Of a stretch of DNA of 64,000 nucleotides, positions 40,541 through 52,659 are shown one piece after another. The stretch is from Octopus vulgaris (lineage: Eukaryota), in the NCBI GenBank assembly GCA_951406725.2, contig OX597819.1:123814001-123878000 (forward strand), in the 5' to 3' direction. Position 1 is the first letter of the stretch. Each line of letters opens with the position of its first letter. The notes under the pieces were generated by a model. It was not told the DNA's origin, did not search any database, and was given only the letters and a program-made list of their open reading frames with translations. The position numbers were made by a program, and so were the translations under genes.

Positions 40541-40620
40541 TCTAGGCCCCGTCAGAGATTATAAAGAAAAATAAAAAATATTAATATATATGAAACAAGA
40601 TACACGCACAATCTAATATA

Positions 40621-40671
<51 letters not shown>

Positions 40672-41214
40672 ACACATATAAACACATATATACACATATA
40701 CGTGTACATAAATATATAAATAGACATAATTATACATACATACAAGCATATAGACAATTTATTATATTTACTAGAGCGTACATATACATCCATATCCATG
40801 AGTACACGTATAATATTCAATTATTATTATTATTATTGTTATTATTATTATTGTTGTTGTTATTATTATTTTTTTTATTATTATTATTAATATTAATATT
40901 AGGTTCTCTGTATTCATCACTTCACAATACATAGTGTAAGAAATTCAGATATAGAATATACTATAATATAATATAAACAGATATTTATGAAAGATGTAAT
41001 CTTATTAATTTTAAAATCACAGTCAATATATTCAGATATCATACAGTTAATATAGAGTTATTACATTATTATTCCGCATACACATATGTACATGCGTGTG
41101 GGCAACAAATACATGCACATGTATATATATACCTCGTACAACTATACACAAATACTTATATGAAATTTTTCTTTTCATCATAATGAAAATATACATACAT
41201 ATTACAACAACTTA

Positions 41215-41355
41215 TTCATAATATAATTTCCCGGAATAAAGCGTAATAAAAGATCATATACTAAGAGATAAGAGATAAGCTATGTGAGCAACAAAGCGCT
41301 TGATAAGCTTAATAATCCTAACTTAATCCCGGGCAACACCGGGCTAAACTGCTAG
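41215..41355 (+). mobile_element. Helitron 3' terminus
   Basis: CCCGGGCAACACCGGG hairpin, short spacer, then CTAG|T. Confidence 0.8.
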
Positions 41356-41924
41356 TATATATATGTATATATATGTATATGTGTGTGTGTGTGTGTGTGT
41401 GTGCGTGCGTGCGTGCGTGTGTACGTGTGTGCATGTGCAGTGTGGGTGTGTAAATATGTTTAAATAACTCTGGATGTGCGTATATGTTCTTGTATGCCTG
41501 TGTGCCTATAGAGATGGGTGGAATTTAACCTATTATGGGGCAAAGTTTGTATATAATCTTAAATTCTACGTGTTCTTGGATTACAACCCTGAGTCTTACG
41601 GTGCCGGTTATTCTCACAATTGAAGAAGGGAAGTAGCGGAATATTAAATAACGAAATACATTTGTAAATATATCGAAACAGACGTAGTTATTTAATTGTT
41701 TGACTGCTTGCTAAAATGTACGCCAACACACGCACATACACACTTATAGTCATATACCTATACACATGCATGGGTTTATAGATACATACATATATTAGGA
41801 TATTTTCCTGCATTTCTTAACATGAAATTAATTGTAGCCTTAATTCACAATCATATCCGCCAATCCGGTGTTGAGCACACATTTTCATCGCTGGACATTT
41901 ATGTACATATATATATGCACATCA

Positions 41925-42143
41925 TCGTGTTCACCGTGACCGACCTGGCTATCAGAGGTTGCTACGCATCGCTGGTCACAATGCGCTTCGCATTGTTTTA
42001 GCCTTCAAATGACGCCACCCCGCTGGTTAAGCGAGCAGGCCAACAGAAGAGTACAGCAGAGATCGCCACCACCCCCTGCCGGAGCCTCGTGGAGCTTTAG
42101 CTGTTTTCGCTCAATAAACACTCGCAACGCTCGGTCTAGGAAT
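41925..42143 (-). mobile_element. SINE family B2, 5'-truncated
   Basis: B2 tail and body. Confidence 0.85.
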
Positions 42144-42381
42144 ATTATATATATATATATATATATTTGTTGAAATGGAAAGATGAATTTTCTTGTTACG
42201 GATTATTCAAAAGTTTAACCGATACCTGGGTAGCAAAAATTACAGCAGAAAAAAACACGGTTGGAGATAAGACCATATGGTGTTGCAACCGTCCGTTGGT
42301 GCGGATAATTGAAGTTTAATATAATTAGTGAATGGAAGAAATGGAGTTGAACGAAGATTGTACAGAATTCCTTTTATTACA

Positions 42382-42461
42382 TTCTACACATGTTTCAAAG
42401 GCCACAATTTTCCAAATTCTGATTAAATAAGGATACCATATTGCAGCTTTCTCTTCAGGAA
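42382..42461 (-). ncRNA. Hammerhead ribozyme in 3' pLTR (sense to the element)
   Basis: TTC-CTGAAGA-GAAAGCTGCAAT...ATTGTGGCCTTT-GAAAC-ATGT-GTA^GAA. Confidence 0.75.
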
Positions 42462-43107
42462 AAACCAGGAATTACGTTGTCAGAACAAAACAAAACAAAA
42501 CAGAGGCGCAGCAAAGCAATTCGAACGAGGACGCTCCTTAAGAGCCCATGGATAAACTGTTTATTAATGTACGTTGAAATCGGGGGGTTGGTTGGGTCCG
42601 TTGGAATACTTACAGGTCAGGCCGCGGTCAAATCTAGTAGGTGAGGAATTAATGAGAACAAGGGGTGTGGAGATGTTCTGTGTGACCAAAACTAATGTTC
42701 TGAATATTTAAAGAATACATGGTGTATTTCTTAGGGGCGAGACAAAACCTACCTAAAAGCATGTATGTGTATACTAGCCTATGTGTGCGCCCCCGTGTGT
42801 TGGCGAGGGGCGCTAGATAATGAGCACTGCTGAAAAAGGCCTGTCACGCGGCTGAAAAAATTTTTCTGTGTTCGTGTGTTCGTCTGTGGCCTGCTTGTAT
42901 AAAAATTAACATCGTCAAAGAATCACAAGGGTATATAATTCCGGCGTTTGCTTCTAAAAAAACAAAAAACAGACCAATCGCATAAGGGGAGTAATTTCCC
43001 CTTGCAAGAGTTATTCAGAGAATTTTTTCTTTTTAATTTTTTCAAAAATTATTTCCAAAATTTTTTTTCATTTTAATAGGGTAACAATGTGTTAATTGTC
43101 CTAGGTA

Positions 43108-45302
43108 TCATTTATATGTAAGATAAGTATGACGCCGCCAATGGGGACATCGAAAAGCCGTCTGTAAAAGCCCATTTACCAAACGGCCTCTGGCGAACAA
43201 TATGTGGAAAAGCTCAGAGTTACAAAGATTACACCTCCTTCTGCCCCTATCAAACGGGAGGGCCACCGACAAAATCGACCATTCCAGCCTAAAGCTGAAT
43301 TCGCGTTCTTCAAACGCCAGATAAGTTTGCTAAGTCCTGTAGCTTGGTATTTATTAACGTCGCGAAAAGTTGCGAAATGGTTCGATATTCTCAAGGCCAA
43401 TTTTGACGATGAGGCCCCGACATACGAGTAGACATCTGAATCCGTGTAAACATTGCATTGGTAAATGGCATTTCTGATCTTGGAGTTACTAGACAAGAAC
43501 CTTATTCTATTGGGATTAGCTTCTGATATTAATACTGCGTTTCTGTTACTATATTGACTGTGAGAACTGCGGCCGCCTACTACATTATACTCCTCATTAT
43601 CACTATTAATTAACGGACTATCCCCTGTGTATTCCCTATCGGTGAGAACGCTGTAATTGCTAGTATCCGTGGACCTGCTATTGCCGGAAACGATGCTAAG
43701 GTTGCTATTAGGACTCTCTACATCAATGACCCGACCTGCGCTCACCTCCCTATTACCATTACTAACGTTATTAACATCACCATTTCTTCTATCGCTAAAC
43801 CTATTATTTACTCCCTGGTTGGTACTGAGATTACCAGTCACTGTACTGGCTCTTTTATCATTATTACTACTATTATTATTCCTACTGCGCGTTAAACTGG
43901 AATTAGACGGAGCTGCGCCTCCGGACAATGGTGGTAGGGTCTTAATAAGCAGCCTATTATTATGGGAGGCGATTATCTGGGAAAGGTTTTTGTGTTGGAG
44001 AAAGCTATCCTAACTTTATGTGAATTAACCGAGGAGTAATATTTGGAATTTCTGGGGAAGTTACTGGCAATGGCTTGGCGAAACAGGAGGGGAAGATTAG
44101 TTCTAATCTGCTTACCAAAGGGAATTACAAACCAGATATGTTTATTCCTATTTTTGTGGTGGGTCGGGTAGTCAGCTCTGACATTAGGGTGGGTGATTCT
44201 AGGTTGAATAAAAGGTTTTGGTTTAGTATGACCTCCCCGGACCGTAAATTATCTCTGTTCCCTAAATTAAATCCAGAAGTACCTGCCCCAACACTCCCCC
44301 GCTCCCATCACTACTTAAATTATTTATGTTATTATAGACGGCCCTATCCTGATGACCGAATGGTGGCATCGGAAGGGCTGGATCAATATATACTACCTTC
44401 TGCTTATAACCGGCTTTGGATAGTGCGGCGTTATAAAATTCCGCTTTCTGCATAAAGATGTCGGCACTAGCGGACAAGTTAGACAATCTTAGAGAGATGT
44501 TTTTAACCAAATTGTCTGTTACGGTTTTGGCATGATTGGAGAAGACACTAACATACTTTAAATTAGTGGAAGGCTTATGGTAAGGGCAGTATGAATCGCT
44601 ATGGAGGTTTAGTGTGACGTCTAGGAAATTAGCCTTAGTGAGTTCATTATCAAAAACTATATTCATGCCCATTCTATTAAAGAACCTAGCTAACCTATTT
44701 TTAGTTTTCTGTACGATTCTGTTCGTGGTGTTTTGCAGGTAAAACAAACAATCGTCACGATACAGGCCGCTCGCGATGTCCGGGAATTGGTCGGATAATT
44801 CGTAGAGAATATAGATTCCGACCAAATCGGCTATCTGCGCGCTATCCGAACTACCCATAGGCACATCGAATTCGTTGGGAGTATCTTTACGAATCCACAA
44901 CTTATTTTCAAACTTTATAAATGATTTTCTGGCAACTAAAATAATATCAATTTCTTCTCTAGTGAGGCCTGCCTTGTTGTGAGCATGCCACAGGGCCTTA
45001 TTTAGTACACTAGGGTTAATCGAGGGGTAGAAGCTGGCGATATCAAACTGAATAAACCTAGTACGGTTCTTATTAGGGATGGAAGAGAACCACTTCACGA
45101 CCTGCGAGGAGTTAGCCCAGAGGCTAAGCTTCAGCTTATTTACTAAACTAGGGATATATTTATCTAAAATATACTTACTGATGGTCCCGATATCGGAACT
45201 AGCAGGGCATATGAGTCTTAACGCTGGGTTGGTGTAGAAATTCGGTTTGTGGTCCTTCACTATGAATCTAGGTTGTTTAGGGCTAAGTGGCTGCGTTCTC
45301 AT
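43108..45302 (-). pseudogene. PLE RT plus GIY-YIG polyprotein, frameshifted near 44230-44290 and 43295
   Basis: KDHKPNF, FDIASFYPSI, MGSSDSAQIADLVG, GLYRDD, NFLDV, HIWFVIPF...IIASHN, AIYQC...YVGAS, RCNLCNSE...RCPH. Confidence 0.9.
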
Positions 45303-45354
45303 TGCTGCGCCTCTGTTTTGTTTTGTTTTGTTCTGACAACGTAATTCCTGGTTT

Positions 45355-45434
45355 TTCCTGAAGAGAAAGCTGCAATATGGTATCCTTATTTAATCAGAAT
45401 TTGGAAAATTGTGGCCTTTGAAACATGTGTAGAA
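45355..45434 (+). ncRNA. Hammerhead ribozyme in the inverted pLTR copy
   Basis: Inverted copy of 42382-42461. Confidence 0.75.
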
Positions 45435-45719
45435 TGTAATAAAAGGAATTCTGTACAATCTTCGTTCAACTCCATTTCTTCCATTCACTAATTATATATA
45501 TATATATATATATATATTTAAATAATGAGGGAGATAAATTAATATTAATTTAAAACCAGTAGCCTAGCATACAAAATCTGAAAAATCAGAGAAAATTCTA
45601 ATACATGTGTATATTCAAAGGGCAAGACCGCTAGGTAGTCAGCCGTATGCTAGAAATAGATCACCAACGATCAAACTACAAAGAATGTTCTCTAGAGGAA
45701 AATTCAGCTGATATATACA

Positions 45720-45832
<113 letters not shown>

Positions 45833-45847
45833 CATATATATATTTAC

Positions 45848-45878
<31 letters not shown>

Positions 45879-46139
45879 TAAACATATATATATATACATA
45901 TATATATATACATATATATATACATATATATACATATATATATATACATATATATACATATATATATATACATATATATACATATATATACATATATATA
46001 TACATATATATACATATATATATATATACATATATATACATATATATATATATAAATATATATACATATATATATATATAAATATACATATATATATATA
46101 TATACATATATATAAATATATATATACATATATACAAAA

Positions 46140-47096
46140 CCCTGAAAATATTGCGCATCTGCAACATGAGCTGGACACAATATACAGGTGGGCTGAGGAC
46201 AACTACATGCATTTTAATGCAGGTAAGTTCCAGGCCCTGCGCTACTGGCACACAAAGGTAAATGACGTGAAGACTGGATACACTGGCCCAGGAAGAATTG
46301 CAATCCCTGAGTCAAAATCAGTGCGTGACCTGGGCATTGACATGAGCAATGATGCATCTTTCCAAATGCATATTGCTAATCTGGTGATAAAATGCAGACG
46401 GCTAGCTGGATGGATTCTCCGAACTTTCAGAACAAGAGAGAAGGAGACACTGATGGTCCTATGGAAAACATTCGTCCTCAGCCGCTTGGACTACTGCTCC
46501 CAACTTTGGTCACCACACAATATAAAACAAACAGCAGAACTCGAAGCAACTCAGAGAAGCTACACAAAGAAAATCGTCTCAATGCAAAATGTCAGCTACT
46601 GGGAAACACTGAAGGTATTAAACCTCTTCTCCCTGGAGCGGAGGCGGGAGAGATATGCAGTGATATACATCTGGAAAATCCTGGAGGGTCTTGTCCCAAA
46701 CTTTGGCATTCAAAGTTACTCCAACCGCAGAACGGGGCGCCGCTGCGTGGTGCCAAGGATTCCAACATAACCATCAAAATACAGGTCCAGATACTGCAAC
46801 AGCTTGGGTTTCAGAGGACCACAGCTCTTTAACATCCTTCCTAAATGCCTGAGAGACTTACATGGTGTGGATGTGGGTTTCTTTAAAACTAAACTGGATC
46901 TCTTCTTGTTCGGAGTCCCAGATGAACCTACCTCACGACAGGAGACGCAGATGCGGGCAGCAGCATCGAACTCCCTTGTTGATCAAGTGCCACGTATCAA
47001 AGGTGGATTCACAAACTAGTGTAGCTCATTCAGCGGTGGTGCCCCAGCATGGCCGCGGCCTTCGGGCTAAAACATTTTTAAGGATTTAAGGATTTA
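46140..47096 (+). mobile_element. CR1-group LINE, 5'-truncated (RT C-terminus plus tail)
   Basis: [40 protein letters not shown]; premature stop at 46770; (TTAAGGAT)n tail. Confidence 0.9.
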
Positions 47097-47125
47097 TACA
47101 TATATATATATATACATATATATAC

Positions 47126-47159
<34 letters not shown>

Positions 47160-47174
47160 ATATAAATATACATA

Positions 47175-47208
<34 letters not shown>

Positions 47209-47229
47209 AATATACATATATATATATAA

Positions 47230-47270
<41 letters not shown>

Positions 47271-47287
47271 TACATATATATATATAA

Positions 47288-47338
<51 letters not shown>

Positions 47339-47339
47339 A

Positions 47340-47480
<141 letters not shown>

Positions 47481-47493
47481 TATATGTACATAT

Positions 47494-47559
<66 letters not shown>

Positions 47560-47584
47560 TACATATATATATACATATATACAT

Positions 47585-47617
<33 letters not shown>

Positions 47618-47620
47618 AAT

Positions 47621-49993
47621 ATATTGTTATATTTCGGAATGGTCATATTGCCAGTTTAGCCAATAAAAACACACGCACTATATATTTGGTGTTATTTTGC
47701 TTCAGTGATATTTATTTTTTACATTAATCTTAATCTTATTTCGGCCAAAGTTCTTTCGTCACACTCCTGTGACCGCATCAGTGGTCCTTTGTTTTCTTCT
47801 CACTTACTTGTGTCTCTCCTTACTAACCGTCAGCCATTTTATATTTCTATTGTATGTCTTCATTTGCGCATGTTTATATCTCTATGTGCGTCTATGTTTA
47901 TTTAGTGTGTGTGTGGGGGGGATGCCTGTAATATTTGTATCTTCTGGTTATATACATTCTTGTAATTTGTATTTTGTTTTTGTTGTTGTTGCTTTTGTTC
48001 TAATTTTGTTCATGTGTTTACATCCACCCATTATTATCATTACATATGCTTGTATGTATGTATAACAACAATATTAGTAATAATAATAATAAATCTAATG
48101 GAAAAAAAAAAAAAAAAAGGAATATACATATACATATATATATATACATACACATACATATACAATATATATATATATACACACACATATATACACATAT
48201 ACATATACATATACATATATATAGATATTCATTTCTATTTCTTTAATTACCTGTGTATTTATTATGTTTGCAGGATCCACTATTGTCATATGTTGTGGTG
48301 TGCGCTATTGCTCCATTCTAGTTTTCTATTCAGGCTAGGTTTATTTTCTATTATATGTGTAGCTTCTGTAATTTGTCTAATTGTTGCATCTGTTCTATGT
48401 GTGGACAATATCTTAATCTCTATGTTATTGATTGATCCCCCGTGTTCTTGTTCGGCGTGTTGGTACAGAATCGATGAGCTTTTACCTTCCTTGAGTTGTC
48501 TCCAATGTTCATTCACCCGCTCACCAATGCTTCTTGCAGTTTCCCCTACGTATGTTACTGTCTTGTTACTGCATCGTCCCTCTATACATCTTATACTATA
48601 GACCACATTTCTGGCTTTACAGTTCGTTTGTGGGCTAAATCTACATACAGTGCAATAGTTATCCGTACAGAGAGTTCTACTAAAAGGATAGCTTCTACCA
48701 ATTATAGATCTGATAGGGTTGCCTGGCTTTTCAACAACCTTAATTCTTAGTTTAAGTTTATCTAGGGTCCTTCTAAAGCGGTACGCTAGTTCACCTCCAG
48801 GGGTGGTGTCAACGAACATGACACTCTGGTATTTATGGCTATCATACCAAGAGTTGGCCTTCCTATTTTCTTTTTTGTCCTTTCTATAGTGTTCCATGAC
48901 TTGTTCCTATAGAGTGGGCAAATCCATTCCTATCATTACATAATATATTATCAAATTTCTTCATGGCTCCTTTGTATACTCTGATCCTTTCTTTATGGCT
49001 GTAACCTGAGAACTGCATGCGGTGAATGAAGTACTGTATGTGTCTTTTTAATTCTGTAGGCTCGCACATGCGTGACACATTTCTCATTATTCTGACGAGG
49101 TCTGCCATCAAAATATTGAATTTGGCATTGCCCGCAATGGCTGAGTTCCGGTGGATCAGGTATTTTGAGGCCATAGGTTTTGCATAGTATGAATGAAGGA
49201 TTTGGGTTTTATTTTCACAATTTCTAGCCAGAGTTCAGTGTCTAGTACTGGTAGTCTATGGTTGGGGTGTTTAGTGGGGTAGTCTATTGTGACCTTAATA
49301 CTCTGGTGGATGGAGTTAGCTATTTGCTGGATGCTCTCCATAGTATTAGTTTCTATTACTATATCAACAGTACTCTCTTGTGGGGGTGCCTTTACTACTA
49401 TATTGATATCATCAACATAGCGAGAGTACATGTTTACGAGTATGGATTTCTGCAGTAGGCATTCTTTAAGCCTTCTGTCCCACCATACCATGAAGAGGTT
49501 GGCCACATCACCAGCGATACTAACACCGATGGCTGCCCCCTCGTCCTGGGCATATATTTTATTATTAAATTTAAATGTGTGGCCTTTTAGGGTAACTCTT
49601 ATACTAGCTCCTAGTGCATGTGCGATCATTTTCTTTACCTGATGGACATTTGCGGGGCTCCGTATGGCTCTGGTCCATCCGCGCCATCTTTCTATATGTG
49701 TCTTCCTAGCCATAGAAGTAATTGTAGGCGGTCTACCTCTTAAACATCTACTGGGGCAGAAACTACTAAGATTATGTTTATCTAAGTATTCACTATTATA
49801 TGTCAGTCTAAGTAGGAGGCCCAGTTCTTCTGTGTCGACATTACAGAACTCCACCTGGCTCTCGTTGATCATCTCCACGCACTTCTCCACTGCAAAATCT
49901 ACGTCAATCGATGGGTATAGGGATACCACATCCATGCTACCTACTATACATCCTGTCAAGTCACAAGTTTTGTTACAGTCACTGATCCTGCTT
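47621..49993 (-). mobile_element. PLE (Nematis-like), left arm of palindrome
   Basis: Reverse complement of 50088-52457; ORFs 49156-49959, 48884-49174 and 48286-48897 mirror the right arm. Confidence 0.95.
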
Positions 49994-50025
49994 CTGTAAT
50001 TGCTAGAATCTCCTACTTCCTCTCA

Positions 50026-51797
50026 ATGATCATACGCCCTATAATCAGGATGTCACCTGATGTGTGTGACAGCACAGAAGATCTCCTAAGCAGGATCAGT
50101 GACTGTAACAAAACTTGTGACTTGACAGGATGTATAGTAGGTAGCATGGATGTGGTATCCCTATACCCATCGATTGACGTAGATTTTGCAGTGGAGAAGT
50201 GCGTGGAGATGATCAACGAGAGCCAGGTGGAGTTCTGTAATGTCGACACAGAAGAACTGGGCCTCCTACTTAGACTGACATATAATAGTGAATACTTAGA
50301 TAAACATAATCTTAGTAGTTTCTGCCCCAGTAGATGTTTAAGAGGTAGACCGCCTACAATTACTTCTATGGCTAGGAAGACACATATAGAAAGATGGCGC
50401 GGATGGACCAGAGCCATACGGAGCCCCGCAAATGTCCATCAGGTAAAGAAAATGATCGCACATGCACTAGGAGCTAGTATAAGAGTTACCCTAAAAGGCC
50501 ACACATTTAAATTTAATAATAAAATATATGCCCAGGACGAGGGGGCAGCCATCGGTGTTAGTATCGCTGGTGATGTGGCCAACCTCTTCATGGTATGGTG
50601 GGACAGAAGGCTTAAAGAATGCCTACTGCAGAAATCCATACTCGTAAACATGTACTCTCGCTATGTTGATGATATCAATATAGTAGTAAAGGCACCCCCA
50701 CAAGAGAGTACTGTTGATATAGTAATAGAAACTAATACTATGGAGAGCATCCAGCAAATAGCTAACTCCATCCACCAGAGTATTAAGGTCACAATAGACT
50801 ACCCCACTAAACACCCCAACCATAGACTACCAGTACTAGACACTGAACTCTGGCTAGAAATTGTGAAAATAAAACCCAAATCCTTCATTCATACTATGCA
50901 AAACCTATGGCCTCAAAATACCTGATCCACCGGAACTCAGCCATTGCGGGCAATGCCAAATTCAATATTTTGATGGCAGACCTCGTCAGAATAATGAGAA
51001 ATGTGTCACGCATGTGCGAGCCTACAGAATTAAAAAGACACATACAGTACTTCATTCACCGCATGCAGTTCTCAGGTTACAGCCATAAAGAAAGGATCAG
51101 AGTATACAAAGGAGCCATGAAGAAATTTGATAATATATTATGTAATGATAGGAATGGGATTTGCCCACTCTATAGGAACAAGTCATGGAACACTATAGAA
51201 AGGACAAAAAAGAAAATAGGGAAGGCCAACTCTTGGTATGATAGCCATAAATACCAGAGTGTCATGTTCGTTGACACCACCCCTGGAGGTGAACTAGCGT
51301 ACCGCTTTAGAAGGACCCTAGATAAACTTAAACTAAGAATTAAGGTTGTTGAAAAGCCAGGCAACCCTATCAGATCTATAATTGGTAGAAGCTATCCTTT
51401 TAGTAGAACTCTCTGTACGGATAACTATTGCACTGTATGTAGATTTAGCCCACAAACGAACTGTAAAGCCAGAAATGTGGTCTATAGTATAAGATGTATA
51501 GAGGGACGATGCAGTAACAAGACAGTAACATACGTAGGGGAAACTGCAAGAAGCATTGGTGAGCGGGTGAATGAACATTGGAGACAACTCAAGGAAGGTA
51601 AAAGCTCATCGATTCTGTACCAACACGCCGAACAAGAACACGGGGGATCAATCAATAACATAGAGATTAAGATATTGTCCACACATAGAACAGATGCAAC
51701 AATTAGACAAATTACAGAAGCTACACATATAATAGAAAATAAACCTAGCCTGAATAGAAAACTAGAATGGAGCAATAGCGCACACCACAACATATGA
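50026..51797 (+). pseudogene. PLE RT plus zinc finger plus GIY-YIG, one frameshift near 50865
   Basis: GSMDVVSLYPSID, QDEGAAIG, YSRYVDD, LPVLD, KPMAS, CTDNYCTVC, NVVYSIRC, YVGETARS, R..EH, RQITEA. Confidence 0.9.
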
Positions 51798-52290
51798 CAA
51801 TAGTGGATCCTGCAAACATAATAAATACACAGGTAATTAAAGAAATAGAAATGAATATCTATATATATGTATATGTATATGTATATGTGTATATATGTGT
51901 GTATATATATATATATGTATATGTATGTGTATGTATATATATATATGTATATGTATATTCCTTTTTTTTTTTTTTTCCATTAGATTTATTATTATTATTA
52001 CTAATATTGTTGTTATACATACATACAAACATATGTAATGATAATAATGGGTGGATGTAAACACATGAACAAAATTAGAACAAAAGCAACAACAACAAAA
52101 ACAAAATACAAATTACAAGAATGTATATAACCAGAAGATACAAATATTACAGGCATCCCCCCCACACACACACTAAATAAACATAGACGCACATAGAGAT
52201 ATAAACATGCGCAAATGAAGACATACAATAGAAATATAAAATGGCTGACGGTTAGTAAGGAGAGACACAAGTAAGTGAGAAGAAAACAAA

Positions 52291-52335
52291 GGACCACTGA
52301 TGCGGTCACAGGAGTGTGACGAAAGAACTTTGGCC
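52291..52335 (+). ncRNA. Variant minimal hammerhead-like motif (mirror copy at 47743-47787, minus strand)
   Basis: GGACCA-CTGATGCG-GTCACA GGAG TGTGAC-GAAAG-AA-CTT^TGGCC; core deviates from CUGANGA. Confidence 0.55.
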
Positions 52336-52659
52336 GAAATAAGATTAAGATTAATGTAAAAAATAAATATCACTGAAGCAAAATAACACCAAATATATAG
52401 TGCGTGTGTTTTTATTGGCTAAACTGGCAATATGACCATTCCGAAATATAACAATATCTGTTTCAACACACGACTTCACATAAAAAATCTTGCACAACAA
52501 ATATTTAAACGTACTATATAAATATACATATATATATATATGTCTACATATATATATATATAAATATACATATAACTTAGAATAACTTAGAAAGGTTTTG
52601 GCCAGTATTGGCCCAGGCCATGTCTAACTTAATAGCACCACCTGGTGAAGTCTTTCAGT

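Larger units (their letters stand above)
42168..45497 (-). mobile_element. Naiad-type Penelope-like retroelement, 5'-truncated, with inverted pLTR
   Basis: 196-bp inverted repeat 42319-42514 / 45302-45497; (TA)n on both sides; RT and GIY-YIG coding inside. Confidence 0.9.
49994..52513 (+). mobile_element. PLE (Nematis-like), right arm, 5'-truncated, with 3' UTR and pLTR
   Basis: RT plus GIY-YIG ORFs, internal microsatellite, hammerhead-like motif; ends at (TA)n. Confidence 0.95.

Noticed and set aside
43108-45302. Selenocysteine recoding as known for some Naiad PLEs
   Set aside because: No in-frame TGA at conserved Cys positions in the frames I translated; the disruptions are frameshifts.
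50855-50890. Programmed -1 frameshift between the PLE RT and nuclease ORFs
   Set aside because: No in-frame X XXY YYZ slippery heptamer; a 1-bp deletion predating the fold-back is simpler.
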